The position numbers and the translations under genes are program-made. This document shows, one piece after another, positions 39,665 through 50,314 of a stretch of DNA of 64,000 nucleotides. The stretch spans positions 1 through 64,000 of the forward strand of contig CAZLEV010000009.1 in assembly GCA_964558645.1 (NCBI GenBank), read 5' to 3'. The DNA is from an uncultured archaeon. Its GTDB lineage: Archaea > Asgardarchaeota > Thorarchaeia > Thorarchaeales > Thorarchaeaceae. Below the pieces are notes generated by a model. It ran no database searches and was not told the DNA's origin. It saw only the letters and a program-made list of their open reading frames with translations. The stretch's first letter is position 1. Every line of letters starts with the position of its first letter.

Positions 39665-40438
39665 TTAATCGCCGCCCTTGCTCAAGTATATCCCATTGGG
39701 GTCCAAGCGATGCATGATATCGATCTGATCCTGAGTCGGCACTTCTGTGACTGGTACGTCATCGGGCACGATCAAGTCAAACATGACATTATCAAGAACG
39801 TCTTGGACAGAGTATCCTGGATGTACTGAGGCAAGCCTGATTCTGAGGGTGTCTGGGTCGAAGTCCATCTGGCACATGTCAGTGATAACCACCTCAGGTC
39901 CGCCTCCGACCATGGACCATTTCTCCCTCGATCCCGGCCCGTCCAGGTGCCCGGGACTCGTTCGATAGTCCAGTTCCTTCACGAACTTCCGTTTGTCATG
40001 TGTCATCATAATGATCAACCTCTTGGCAGAAGAGGCGATGTCATTACCGCCACCACTCCCCGGCAGTCGGACTTTTGGATTCTCAAAACCACCGATGTAT
40101 GTCGTGTTCAGATTCCCGTATTCATCTATTTGAGCAGCTCCGAGAAAGCCTACATCTATCCGACCCGCTTGAAGGATGAAACCCAAGGTCTCAATCAGTC
40201 CGATAGCAGCAGCTGACCTGTAATAGTATCGCGAGTCTGCAACCGAGAGAGGCACATTCCGTGGTCGGGCATCAATGAAACCGGCCTCGGAGATCAGATT
40301 TGCATTAGGTGCATGGGTTTCTTTGGCCAAGAGGGCAGCCAGAAGAGGAAGTCCTGTTCCACCAAAGACGTTCTCACGATCTCTTACATGACGAGACGCA
40401 CACGCTGCCAGAAACTCGATTTTGCTATAGGTAACCAT
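39665..40438 (-). CDS. CoA-transferase beta subunit (glutaconate/3-oxoadipate type)
   Basis: GTGLP, ISEAG, GFLGAAQIDEYGNLN, RLPGSGGGND. ATG 40438 follows an AGGAGG SD. Confidence 0.9.
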   Translation of the reverse strand: MVTYSKIEFLAACASRHVRDRENVFGGTGLPLLAALLAKETHAPNANLISEAGFIDARPRNVPLSVADSRYYYRSAAAIGLIETLGFILQAGRIDVGFLGAAQIDEYGNLNTTYIGGFENPKVRLPGSGGGNDIASSAKRLIIMMTHDKRKFVKELDYRTSPGHLDGPGSREKWSMVGGGPEVVITDMCQMDFDPDTLRIRLASVHPGYSVQDVLDNVMFDLIVPDDVPVTEVPTQDQIDIMHRLDPNGIYLSKGGD

Positions 40439-40451
40439 AATATTCTCCTCC

Positions 40452-41363
40452 TTAGTACCCCCATGGTCTTCGTGCACGCAGGCTACAGAGATGTTCCCAG
40501 CCGACGAGCTCAAGATATGCATAGTGATTCTCGACACTCAGGATGTAGTTCTCCAGGTATTCCTGCCAGCCCTCCTCGGTCTTGGTCATCTTGTGAAACA
40601 TCTGTAGGTGACCAAGGTCATAGTCATAATAGTCGTGACATTCCACAGGATGTGCAACATACGGAAGAATGACAACATGGTCAACGTACATTGCTGGAAT
40701 CTTAGTCTGGTCAGGTCTGGTCCTTATCTCTTCCTGATCAATAAGCTCCTCTGCAAGCACAATCAACTTCTTACCACAGCGAGATCCCTCTAGGTCTTCG
40801 CCAACAATACCATCAATCTGTGCGTTTCCGGCCTGATCGACTCTCTGAACATGGACTATGCTGAAGTCTGGCTGAAGAGAGGGTACAAGACATATCTTGT
40901 CGCCTGTGAAGGGGCAGTCGATAATCTCAAGTTTCTTCTCTCTGTACCGGGACATCTCAACCATATCGGTTCCCATGAGGCTCCGTATTGGCATGAACGG
41001 TACATTTAACGCCCCTCCAAGAAAGCGCATTGCCATCGCGAGATTGCTGTAATCCTCAATCTCGACCTTTCCCTCTGCAACTCGACGGCGCATGTTATTC
41101 GCAAGACCCAAAGCCTCTATTGCGACAAAGGCAATCTCGAATCGAGATGCTACTCCAGCACCGGCCATGATCTCTAGGTCAACCTCAGATCCACAGGTAT
41201 GAATCGTCAAGTTCCGTTTCTTCTGACGAACAAGCTCGTGTGCAAAAGCGATTGGAGCCCGTTGGTACCCAAAGCCACCCCAGAAGAGGTCCGACCCGTT
41301 TGGAACCAGCTTCGCAGCTTCTTCCAGTGTTATTCGCTTGTCTTCTATCTCTGCCTCAGTCAA
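40452..41363 (-). CDS. CoA-transferase alpha subunit
   Basis: GGFGYQRAPIAFAHELVRQ, PFMPIRSLMGTD, CPFTG, HVQRVDQAGN. Confidence 0.9.
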   Translation of the reverse strand: MTEAEIEDKRITLEEAAKLVPNGSDLFWGGFGYQRAPIAFAHELVRQKKRNLTIHTCGSEVDLEIMAGAGVASRFEIAFVAIEALGLANNMRRRVAEGKVEIEDYSNLAMAMRFLGGALNVPFMPIRSLMGTDMVEMSRYREKKLEIIDCPFTGDKICLVPSLQPDFSIVHVQRVDQAGNAQIDGIVGEDLEGSRCGKKLIVLAEELIDQEEIRTRPDQTKIPAMYVDHVVILPYVAHPVECHDYYDYDLGHLQMFHKMTKTEEGWQEYLENYILSVENHYAYLELVGWEHLCSLRARRPWGY

Positions 41364-41501
41364 GGTGTTTACCTACCTAAGTCAACTGCGACTGTACCTT
41401 GACCGCCTACACAGCCTGCCTTTTATCTTTGACGCGACAGATGATATGGACTTGCGTAATCTGCTTGCGAAGGCTGAGGCATTTGCTCGGTTGGGAATCT
41501 C

Positions 41502-41891
41502 TCAAGGAAGTAGCAGGATGATGAACAGGCCAAGCACGAAGGGGATAAGCACACCAACAATGCAGATACATGCTAGGCAGCGGATTCTTGCGTCACTGGT
41601 CGCCCCCATTTGAGTGGCCTTCGGGCATAGACCACCTTGAATAATCCTAGGGCCAAACGGTCCTCTCTGAACCTGGACTCTTTCGTTCTTATATGTGGTT
41701 GGTAGGACTCCAAATCCCGAGATGTACTCGAAGACCCCATCGCAGCTAGCACACTGCATTGTCACAGCCTCGTCATCCGGTAGGTCTTCACGAACGGTAA
41801 GAAGTGACGTGCAATATGGGCAGTACAGCTCTACAGGCAAGGCTTGGTTATTCTCCAGCAGCCAACAGGAATCTCTGTTAGATATAAGCAA
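41502..41891 (-). CDS. Zn-ribbon protein with C-terminal TM (start uncertain)
   Basis: CPYC...CASC, hydrophobic C-terminus. Confidence 0.65.
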   Translation of the reverse strand: MLISNRDSCWLLENNQALPVELYCPYCTSLLTVREDLPDDEAVTMQCASCDGVFEYISGFGVLPTTYKNERVQVQRGPFGPRIIQGGLCPKATQMGATSDARIRCLACICIVGVLIPFVLGLFIILLLP

Positions 41892-41958
41892 CGTGTAGCT
41901 CGAGGACCGGTATTGAACCGCGATTCTCTTATAGCCCTAGACAACGAAACTACACAAC

Positions 41959-42597
41959 ATGAAATCGGTTATTCACCAGAACAAAGATAGAATGCTGCGT
42001 ATGGGGATAGTGAGCCCCCTCGTTGCTCTTCTCTGTATTGCAGTTGCTATCCCGCTTTCCCCGTGGTTCACATGGTTCGGAAACGCGCTCAGTGATCTTG
42101 GGAACTACAATAATGGAGTTGCAGTGGCGATTCTATTCAACAGCGGTCTCGTGATCTCCGGCCTATCCGCCCTTCTCTTCACCGTATGGTTTCTATCCAG
42201 AACCGTGAGTATCCCCACGAAGATAGGGTTGTTCCTATTTGCTGTTTCAGATGCCTTTCTTGTCCTAGTTGGGATTCTCTCTGAGAACGCAGGAGGCATT
42301 CATTTCATTGTTTCCGTGGGTTTCTTTGCGACGTTCCCCTTTGCGATGTGGATTGTTGGTGCTGACTTCTTGAGATTCAACAAGACCCGTCTGTATGCGG
42401 TGCCATCACTCTTGCTTCCATTTGCTTCACTCTACTTCTGGTATATCACATTCGGAGGGGTAGCGCCATGGTCAGGCGTCGCGATACCCGAGATAGTGAC
42501 GGCACTCACCGCAATCGTCTGGCTCTATCTGCTGTGTGGCATGATTCTCACGAACGCGTTCCCTGAACAAGTCTGGAAATATGAGCGAACCTCCTAA
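41959..42597 (+). CDS. DUF998-like membrane protein
   Basis: PWFTWFGNALSDLG, FNSGL, LVGI, HFIVS, AIPE. Confidence 0.85.
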   Translation: MKSVIHQNKDRMLRMGIVSPLVALLCIAVAIPLSPWFTWFGNALSDLGNYNNGVAVAILFNSGLVISGLSALLFTVWFLSRTVSIPTKIGLFLFAVSDAFLVLVGILSENAGGIHFIVSVGFFATFPFAMWIVGADFLRFNKTRLYAVPSLLLPFASLYFWYITFGGVAPWSGVAIPEIVTALTAIVWLYLLCGMILTNAFPEQVWKYERTS

Positions 42598-42612
42598 GCT
42601 CGCCTTGGCATC

Positions 42613-43488
42613 TCATTCACCAGAGTACATGACTCTCTTCTTTGCCAGAAACTCGGATTCTGCACGAGTGAATCCCTCTGCGTAAAGATAGTCGAGAATC
42701 TCTTCATGAGTGTCCTGTACCCAGAAGACCGCCCTTTGAGTCTTCATCTCGTAGAGGGCGGCTTTCACGACATCACGACCATACCCTTCGCGGTAGCTGA
42801 ATGAAACAACAGTGGAATCCCCAATTTCGAAATTTGGCTCAAGATGGATGAAACCAACAACAAGATTGCTCTCAGGTTCACTCAGAGCATAGCAGTTGCC
42901 CCCACGAATTGTATACTCCCATGTTTCACGGTCTCTCCGACCCCAGTAGGTGTCGGGTTCCAGATGGATGAAGAGGGGGATGTGCTCTAGTCGCGCAATC
43001 CCCACCTGGAGCTCACACTCTTCTGGACGAGCAGTAGTCGGTCCATCAAGACGCAGAATTAAGCTCTGAATCCCATATCCCAGAGTTTCTACAAATGATA
43101 TCGCACCCGTGCTATGTGTCTTGAGGGCTATTGCAAAATGGGTCAGAGCGCGATTGAGGTTGACAAAATTCTCCTCGGATTTCTCAACTAGTTTCTGACC
43201 AACGCCTTTCTTTCGCCACTCCGGCACAACTGCCAGCTCCCAGATTGCACCCCAGCCTAGGCTTCGAAGCATGAGGTTGATCGCAATACCAACAATCTCA
43301 TCGCCTACCACGGCAACCCTCCAGAGCCTCTCCAGTTCTCCACTGATTTTGCTGCGGTTCCACCATCTTGAGAAGCCGTCATACGTGAGCTTGTCCACAT
43401 CAGGAAACCCAGTCTCATAGACCTTGTAGCAATCTATCTTGTCCTTCTCGTTTGGAGGGCGAATTATGATATCATCCATTGTCGTCAC
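42613..43488 (-). CDS. GNAT acetyltransferase (tandem GNAT-like)
   Basis: LAVVPEWRKKGVGQKL acetyl-CoA motif A. Confidence 0.85.
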   Translation of the reverse strand: MTTMDDIIIRPPNEKDKIDCYKVYETGFPDVDKLTYDGFSRWWNRSKISGELERLWRVAVVGDEIVGIAINLMLRSLGWGAIWELAVVPEWRKKGVGQKLVEKSEENFVNLNRALTHFAIALKTHSTGAISFVETLGYGIQSLILRLDGPTTARPEECELQVGIARLEHIPLFIHLEPDTYWGRRDRETWEYTIRGGNCYALSEPESNLVVGFIHLEPNFEIGDSTVVSFSYREGYGRDVVKAALYEMKTQRAVFWVQDTHEEILDYLYAEGFTRAESEFLAKKRVMYSGE

Positions 43489-43722
43489 CTAGTCTGTCCC
43501 GTAACAGGAACACATCAGTTGAGGTATAGACTGAAGATTTCTCAGCCGTCATATCTTCAGTAATGACGCTCAGAATAAGGGTGATTCTTTGATGCATTTC
43601 ACAGTTTCGCTTTAGAGCAGAAAGACCGCGTATTCGTTTCCATACTGATTGGAACCAGCCGCTAAAGCTGATTCTGAACAACAAAAAGGAGTAGAGGGCT
43701 CGACTGAGCCCTAGACTCTGTT

Positions 43723-45030
43723 TCAAAGCAGCTGATCAAGAAGCTCCAGCAGCTCGACAATCTCTAGCTTAGACCCTAGATGCGAGAGATCCTTTCCAGT
43801 CTCCTCCTCTTCTTCTCTGAGCGCCTTCACCGCGTCATTGAAGTTGGTCACGCAGAACGGACAGCTTGTCATGAGTACTTCAGCACCAGTTGATGCTGCC
43901 TCGCGTATTCGTTCCTTCGCCGTAGATAGAGCCATATCTGGAAACTGCGTCTTCACACCACCGCCGGCACCACAGCAGAAGCTGTCCCCCTTTATGCGGT
44001 ACATCTCCTTGAGTTCTAAACCAGGAATGGCCCGAAGAACCTCCCGGGGTCTCTCAAACCATGCCTCTTTGGCCTTCTCGGCCTTTCTGCTGTCAAGCAA
44101 CCAGTTCTGCGACTTATCCAGCATCTCTTTCTCTATATCGATACCCACGTGCCTCACACTGTGACACGGGTCGTGCCATGTGACCTTCTTGTTGTATGGC
44201 TTGGTTATCTTGAGGCTCCCATCCTGAAGCATATCCCATACAATGTCAAGAGTGTGCTTGACTTCAAAGGGTAAGGGTTTACCACTCATGCGAGGATAAT
44301 CGTTCCGGATGGTCTTGAAGCAGCCAGCACAGGAGAATGTCAAGATATCGAAGTCTTTGAATATCTCCAGGTTCTGATTCATCAGCTCATCAAAAGTCGC
44401 TTTCTGGCCAGTACGCAAGATTGGCGATCCACAGCATACCTCATCACTCATCACGGTGAAGTCTATGCCGAGTTTCTCAAGAATGCTTGCTGTGTGCTGA
44501 GCAATGTGCTGCTGTCGATATGCCCCAGTGCAACCAACGAAGTATGCGACCTTTGCATCCTTCTTGTCGACAGCACCGCCAAACCACTTGGTACGCTCGG
44601 CCCGTGGTTCGTTGTATGGGTTCCGCAGGTCTTCCTGCATGACCCGGTCACCGATGAGCTTGTGACGCTTGAGAGGCTCCACGCCTGACTCGATGATTGC
44701 CGCCCTCAGCTCCTCAATGATGTGAACGGTGTTGATATAGTTTGGACACTGGTTCTCACACATTCCACAAGTTGTACAGGCCTCAACAACCTCAAGCATC
44801 TCCTGAGACGGTTCGATTTCGCCATTCAGAAATGCGCGGGCAATCCACTGTTTGCCACTGTTGAAGTAGCCTTCCCACTCATTGTAGATACCTGCGGGGC
44901 ACCCCTGCAGCATGCCGGTGAATTCCTCGTCGTGGCCCTCTTTGTCTGGCTCACCCGAATACGCGTACTGACACGCCCTGCAGTGGATGCATCGAGCGTT
45001 GATTCTCCTCAGTTCTTCCAGACTTGTCAT
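43723..45030 (-). CDS. Fe-S oxidoreductase, HdrD/GlpC-like with two CCG domains
   Basis: CIHCRAC, CTTCGMCENQCP, FVGC, CCG, HDPCH, CCGAGGG, CPFC. Confidence 0.92.
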   Translation of the reverse strand: MTSLEELRRINARCIHCRACQYAYSGEPDKEGHDEEFTGMLQGCPAGIYNEWEGYFNSGKQWIARAFLNGEIEPSQEMLEVVEACTTCGMCENQCPNYINTVHIIEELRAAIIESGVEPLKRHKLIGDRVMQEDLRNPYNEPRAERTKWFGGAVDKKDAKVAYFVGCTGAYRQQHIAQHTASILEKLGIDFTVMSDEVCCGSPILRTGQKATFDELMNQNLEIFKDFDILTFSCAGCFKTIRNDYPRMSGKPLPFEVKHTLDIVWDMLQDGSLKITKPYNKKVTWHDPCHSVRHVGIDIEKEMLDKSQNWLLDSRKAEKAKEAWFERPREVLRAIPGLELKEMYRIKGDSFCCGAGGGVKTQFPDMALSTAKERIREAASTGAEVLMTSCPFCVTNFNDAVKALREEEEETGKDLSHLGSKLEIVELLELLDQLL

Positions 45031-45094
45031 CTCAATCTCGCCTCCATTCGATGGTTCGCATTTAAAGTTACGGACTGTAACCAAAATACCATGA

Positions 45095-46693
45095 TTAGTC
45101 ACTCTCCTTACAGGGATTAGGCATGTCAGTTACAGACTCCCAAGGTATCGCCAGCCGTCCCGGATGCAAAATCAGGTTCGGGTCCAAGACCTTTCGGAAC
45201 TTCACCAGCATCTTGTAGTAATCAGGAATGCGGCTGAAGGTCTCGGGTGCATGTACAAAGGGATCCGGCCTGTAGTTCATCCAGCCCTTCTTCAGGAATG
45301 ACTTTGTGGTCTCCCTGTTGAACTTCTCGATCTTGTCGTAGATTCCCTCTTCTGTGCTGTCAAAGCAAAGGATGGGCATGACAATGGCCTGACGGGCATG
45401 GTCAATGGATGCGACCCACATCGTTGGTGGGAAGCCATACTCTTCCATCTTGGCGCAGTACTCAGTCATGCATGCCGGGCTCTCGAGCCACGGCACATAC
45501 CAGGTGATGAATAGGAATCCAGCCTGCCATAGAGAGTAGGGAATAGCAATTTTATTGGGCTTCTTGAGCCTTGAAGCCACCTGTTTTGGATGGAGATCCC
45601 ATCGAGGGCAGCTCGTGTTATTCTCTTTTTCATAGTCCTTGTAGATTCGCTCAATCTCGCTGATGGTGAACTCGAGTTCCTTCTCGCTCCATGCCCAAAT
45701 CTCATAGTTCATCCAGTACTCGCTGAGGCCTATCTTGTTATAGAACTCATAATCGACAGGAACATTTGTCTTGGGCCAGCGGGTCATTACTAGTGGCCAG
45801 TTACCACCCTGAACCATGACAGTTCGTTCGCTGATTCCCATCTCATGCTTTGATATCTCCCAAGCCGGTCTGACGATGTCATCCCAGTTCTCTCCGCCGA
45901 AGGCAATGACAGTCTTGTGGTGCGGATGAGGCACCATCTTGATAGCCGCCTTCGTGATGATCCCCATAGATCCCTGTGACCCAAGGAAAAGGCCATCAGG
46001 ATTGGGACCAGGGCCCCATCTGTAGTAAGGCTTGGCACCTGGCAGAGCCCAAGATCCGGTTCGGAATATGTCACCCGTGGGAAGAACCACTTCCAGACCC
46101 ATGATCATGTCTGCCTGGGGCCCGTAGACGCCAGTGACAAGAGAGAAGCCCCTCTCGATAGCATCTCCGAGCACGGTCGCAGCTGGCGGGGCACCATCAG
46201 GTATAGGAGGCGCCCACTCGGGGTATTTTGTCTTGAAGATACGCCAGGCATCACCGGATTTGAGTCCGGGTTCCACGACCATGACTCGATTCTCAACATC
46301 AACTTCGAGGCCGTCCATGCGGGTCATGTCCATGTATATGCCACCCGGCTCGATAGCGGGCAGGGCAAATCCCCCACTCAGTCCTCCTGCGGCGGGTGTG
46401 ACCGGAATCTTCTTCTCATTGGCCAGAATCAGAATCTGGGAGACCTCTTGTGCGTCCTTCGGGCGGATGATAGCCTCGGGTAGGACAGCCTCCAGACCCA
46501 TGATGCCTCTGGCCATGTAGCTGTGACGAAGTGGCTCACTGGTCGTGACATACTCTGTTCCGACTATGTCTTCCAGCTTCTTGACCACATCGTCGGTCAC
46601 GCTGTTGTACACTTGATATATCCTCCATTTGGCATCTCGTACGGTCTTCTTCGGTAGTAAGGGGCGCCTTGGAGTCCCCCCATAAATAGGCAT
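45095..46693 (-). CDS. FAD-binding oxidoreductase (VAO/PCMH/GlcD superfamily)
   Basis: VTPAAGG, VEPG, GLEVVLPTG, GPNPDGLFLGSQGSMGIITK, LDPNLILHPG. Confidence 0.9.
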   Translation of the reverse strand: MPIYGGTPRRPLLPKKTVRDAKWRIYQVYNSVTDDVVKKLEDIVGTEYVTTSEPLRHSYMARGIMGLEAVLPEAIIRPKDAQEVSQILILANEKKIPVTPAAGGLSGGFALPAIEPGGIYMDMTRMDGLEVDVENRVMVVEPGLKSGDAWRIFKTKYPEWAPPIPDGAPPAATVLGDAIERGFSLVTGVYGPQADMIMGLEVVLPTGDIFRTGSWALPGAKPYYRWGPGPNPDGLFLGSQGSMGIITKAAIKMVPHPHHKTVIAFGGENWDDIVRPAWEISKHEMGISERTVMVQGGNWPLVMTRWPKTNVPVDYEFYNKIGLSEYWMNYEIWAWSEKELEFTISEIERIYKDYEKENNTSCPRWDLHPKQVASRLKKPNKIAIPYSLWQAGFLFITWYVPWLESPACMTEYCAKMEEYGFPPTMWVASIDHARQAIVMPILCFDSTEEGIYDKIEKFNRETTKSFLKKGWMNYRPDPFVHAPETFSRIPDYYKMLVKFRKVLDPNLILHPGRLAIPWESVTDMPNPCKESD

Positions 46694-46708
46694 CGAATGT
46701 TGACTTAC

Positions 46709-46735
46709 GGAGGTGGACGTGCGACACCCACCTCC
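46709..46735. promoter_or_regulatory. Stem-loop just upstream of the FAD oxidoreductase start
   Basis: GGAGGTGG-N11-CCACCTCC, a perfect 8-bp inverted repeat ~15 nt before ATG 46693. Confidence 0.5.
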
Positions 46736-46794
46736 TAGAAGAACATCCTTCGAAGACAGAGGTGCATCCTCTTCTCAACCACCACTGCAGGGCT

Positions 46795-47085
46795 TTACGT
46801 GATGGCTTCATCGGGTCTTATACTCTGTGTCCCCATGTGCCCAATCGCAGGTCTTCCATTGACTATGAGTGCATCAGACACTGAGGTTGACCTATCATCA
46901 CGAGGGAGGCCATGGTCTATGTACTCATATCTCTCTCAGGTCCTATTATCAGGTTCATCAGGGGCCAATACCGGGTCCTGCTCTTCGTCAACACTTGATG
47001 GTCGCCAGAACAGGTGGAGGGAAACAACCGCCACAATCAGGACCAGCCCGATTGCAACCGCAGCACCCATCTTTCGTCGGTTCAT
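46795..47085 (-). pseudogene. Signal-anchor protein gene fragment with an in-frame TGA (46936-46938)
   Basis: MNRRKMGAAVAIGLVLIVAVVSLHLFW...DNRT*ERYEYIDHGLP...EAIT*. Missed by the ORF track. Confidence 0.55.
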
Positions 47086-47162
47086 GAGACCACCCAGTTT
47101 TCTTTAGTTACAATCTGAAACTATTAAGGCTTTGGTAAGACTGAGATGATGATAGAACCCGT

Positions 47163-48878
47163 CTAGAATATCTTGGGTTCGTCCCACTCGCCAAATGCAT
47201 CTCGCCATACATCGCAGATTTCGCCCACCGAAGCGTACGCGCGGACAGCTCTCACGACATGCGGCATCACGTTGTCTTTGCCCTCGGACGCCTTGCGTAA
47301 AGCATCCAGAGCAGCTCGAACCTCTTTGTTGTCCCGTTCACGCCGCACTCTCTCAAGACGTTCAACTTGTTTCTTCTCGACTTCGGGATCTATCTTTAGA
47401 ACAGGAATTGTGATATCCTCATCCTCTAGGACGTAGTCATTAACACCCACAATGGTCCGCTTGTTATCCTCAATTTCTTTCTGATATCTATAGGATGCAT
47501 TGGCAATCTCACGTTGGAAGAATCCCTTCTCTATCGCCGGGATTACACCGCCAAGAGCCTCCACCTTGTCGAAATAATCGTAGGCCTCTTCCTCGAGTTC
47601 GTTCGTGAGGCTTTCGACGTAGTATGAACCGGCAAGGGGGTCGATAGTACTAGCAGCACCACTCTCATGAGCAAGGACTTGTTGAGTGCGCAAAGCCACC
47701 CTCACAGCATCTTCAGTGGGGAGACAGAGGGCCTCATCCATTGAGTTTGTGTGGAGCGACTGAGTCCCTCCAAGAACCGCAGCCAGCGCCTGATATGCAG
47801 TTCGTACAACATTGACCATAGGCTGCTGAGCTGTGAGGGAACACCCTGCAGTCTGTGTGTGGAAACGCATCCAGAGGGAACGTCCTTTTGCTCCAAATCG
47901 TTCCTTCATCTCTCTAGCCCAGATGCGGCGGGCAGCACGGAACTTAGCAACTTCCTCGAAAATATCATTGTGTGAATTGAAGAAGAATGAGAGGCGGGGA
48001 GCAAATGCATTCACATCCAAGCCACGTTTCTTACCCCAGCGAACGTATTCTAGGCCATTCATCAGGGTGAATGCCAGTTCTTGAGCAGCTGTAGAACCAG
48101 CCTCTCGTATATGATAACCAGAGATGCTGATGGTATTCCATCGAGGGATGTGTTCTGTTGCATACTCTATAATGTCCGTGATTATACGGAGGGAAGGCTC
48201 TGGACTGTAGATCCAGGACTTCTGTGCCTGATATTCTTTCAGAAGGTCGTTCTGAATGGTTCCTCCAATCTTGTCAGCAGGGACCCCCTGTTTCTCGGCT
48301 GTAACCATATACATAGCAAGCAGAATGGAGGCTGGGGCATTGATGGTCATGCTTGTGGTGACCTTGTCAAGGGGTATTCCTGAGAACAGAACCTCCATGT
48401 CTTTGAGGGTATCAATCGCAACACCAAGCTTGCCAACCTCGCCCAAGGAGTACGGATGGTCAGAATCACGACCGAAGATTGTAGGGAGATGGAAGGCAAC
48501 ACTCAGACCAGTCTGTCCATGGTTAAGCAGAAATTTGTAGCGCTGATTGGACTCCTCAGCTGTGCCCATTCCAGCAAACTGCCGCATGGTCCAAATTCGC
48601 CCCCGATACATGGTGGGCTGTACCCCACGTGTATATGGAAACTCGCTGGGAAAACCAAGATCTTTTAGGTAGTCAAAATCTAGGATATCAAGGGGAGTGT
48701 ATATCCTGCGAACCGTCTTGCTCGATGTTGTAACAAACTCATCCTTCCGTTCGGGATGCTTCTCAAGGTGATTAGCCAGAGTCTTTGCTTCCCATTGCTT
48801 CTTAGCTCGCTGAATATCCCCAAAAGTGTTAGTCTCAGCGTCCTCTTCAGAGGTGTTTTCTGCCTTCTTGACGACCAT
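47163..48878 (-). CDS. icmA: Acyl-CoA mutase large subunit with isobutyryl-CoA mutase signature
   Basis: WTMRQFAGM (Phe in place of Tyr) and KEYQAQKSW (Gln in place of Arg). Confidence 0.8.
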   Translation of the reverse strand: MVVKKAENTSEEDAETNTFGDIQRAKKQWEAKTLANHLEKHPERKDEFVTTSSKTVRRIYTPLDILDFDYLKDLGFPSEFPYTRGVQPTMYRGRIWTMRQFAGMGTAEESNQRYKFLLNHGQTGLSVAFHLPTIFGRDSDHPYSLGEVGKLGVAIDTLKDMEVLFSGIPLDKVTTSMTINAPASILLAMYMVTAEKQGVPADKIGGTIQNDLLKEYQAQKSWIYSPEPSLRIITDIIEYATEHIPRWNTISISGYHIREAGSTAAQELAFTLMNGLEYVRWGKKRGLDVNAFAPRLSFFFNSHNDIFEEVAKFRAARRIWAREMKERFGAKGRSLWMRFHTQTAGCSLTAQQPMVNVVRTAYQALAAVLGGTQSLHTNSMDEALCLPTEDAVRVALRTQQVLAHESGAASTIDPLAGSYYVESLTNELEEEAYDYFDKVEALGGVIPAIEKGFFQREIANASYRYQKEIEDNKRTIVGVNDYVLEDEDITIPVLKIDPEVEKKQVERLERVRRERDNKEVRAALDALRKASEGKDNVMPHVVRAVRAYASVGEICDVWRDAFGEWDEPKIF

Positions 48879-48950
48879 GAAAGTCTACTCCCAGTTGATG
48901 CGACAGGCTCAAGTCCTGCAGTGGAAGATATTAACTGTTCGTTTTGAGTG

Positions 48951-49514
48951 TCAGTACTCGAAACCACGTCGAGCCAGTAGCTTCTTCTCTTGATAATAGT
49001 GTTTGACCTCACGCATCTCGGTCACCAAGTCAGCAGCATCTATGACGGCCTCATGTGCATAGCGACCCGTCATGATCAACTCAACGTCATCAGGCCTCAT
49101 CTCTATCAGACGCAGCTGGTCTTCCAACGCGATAAGATTCCATTCCACGGCCACATTGATCTCGTCGAGAATCAACACGTCACAGGTGTGCTTAGAGAGT
49201 GCCTCTTGAGCCATTCTGAGACCACGCTGTGCCATCTCGATGTCTATTGGGTCTGGGTTCTCCTTGTCAACAAAACTCTGACGCCCCACGGGGATGATCA
49301 TCATGTTTGGAATCTTCTCTGTAGACTTGAACTCACCGTAGTTGATCTCCTCCCCGTTGCCACGTTCGGCAACCTTAGCCTTCATGAAGCAAATCATGAG
49401 GACCTCGAGTCCGTGACCTGCAGCCCTTATCCCAGCACCGAGCGCGCAGGTGGTCTTCCCCTTGCCATTTCCCGTGTAGACCTGTACTTGCCCCTGAATC
49501 AAGGGAGTGCCCAT
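48951..49514 (-). CDS. cobO: Cob(I)alamin adenosyltransferase (CobO/BtuR type)
   Basis: YTGNGKGKTT, ILDEIN, MTGR, ADLVTEM..VKH, ARRGFEY. Confidence 0.93.
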   Translation of the reverse strand: MGTPLIQGQVQVYTGNGKGKTTCALGAGIRAAGHGLEVLMICFMKAKVAERGNGEEINYGEFKSTEKIPNMMIIPVGRQSFVDKENPDPIDIEMAQRGLRMAQEALSKHTCDVLILDEINVAVEWNLIALEDQLRLIEMRPDDVELIMTGRYAHEAVIDAADLVTEMREVKHYYQEKKLLARRGFEY

Positions 49515-49523
49515 TCTAAGATC

Positions 49524-50156
49524 TCACCCTCTCACTTTCAGAATCATCTTCGCTACTCTCTCACCAGCAAGCCGGCTTGCATCGATCGCCAACTGGTCGT
49601 CCTCACTAGAACGCCATTTCCCTTCGTCAGTCTGCATGCTGCCTGCACCAAAGAAGCCTCCCTTGACGGGACTGCCCACAGCCCCCACAACAATCATGCC
49701 CTGTGTTAGGGCATAACGATTCAGCAGATCAATGACAGGTTCCTGACCACCGTATCGGAGACCTGCGTAGGTGATGGTAGAGAATACCTTATCCTTGAGC
49801 TCGTGGTCATTCATCTTCAGCGGTCTTGAACGGTCCATGAAATCCTTCAGAAGACCGGGAACTGACGTGAAATAAGATGGGGCGGCAATGATGATGCCAT
49901 CAGCCGAACGCAGCTCATCTTCGATTTTCGCCATGTCATCTTTCTCGCTTTCCGGACAGGGTTTCTTCCGGACACAGGCATCGCAACCCGTGCAGCGGCG
50001 AATCTCGTATTCCACAAGATTGAGAATCACGGCAGCGTATTCGCCAATATTCGCCTCTGCGAGGACTTCAGTTGCTGCAGCTATAGCCTCCTCTAGAAGC
50101 AGTCTAGTGTTCGAGTTTCTCTCTTTCGGTGAACCACAGATTCCAACAATCTTCAT
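49524..50156 (-). CDS. Iron-sulfur flavoprotein / flavodoxin family
   Basis: MKIVGICGSP, CTGCDAC...CP, PSYF, GGQE. Confidence 0.9.
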   Translation of the reverse strand: MKIVGICGSPKERNSNTRLLLEEAIAAATEVLAEANIGEYAAVILNLVEYEIRRCTGCDACVRKKPCPESEKDDMAKIEDELRSADGIIIAAPSYFTSVPGLLKDFMDRSRPLKMNDHELKDKVFSTITYAGLRYGGQEPVIDLLNRYALTQGMIVVGAVGSPVKGGFFGAGSMQTDEGKWRSSEDDQLAIDASRLAGERVAKMILKVRG

Positions 50157-50314
50157 GACAACGCACTCTGACCTGACTGAATCAACCATTTCCTCTACTT
50201 ACTTCTTTCGTATGGAGGGGGATAGAATCTCGCTCGAGGAGTAGGCCTTCCAATGACTAGCAGCTGCAAGTTGTCATCGAGTGTCATTTTGTGCGAGTCT
50301 GCCATTGCGGACGA

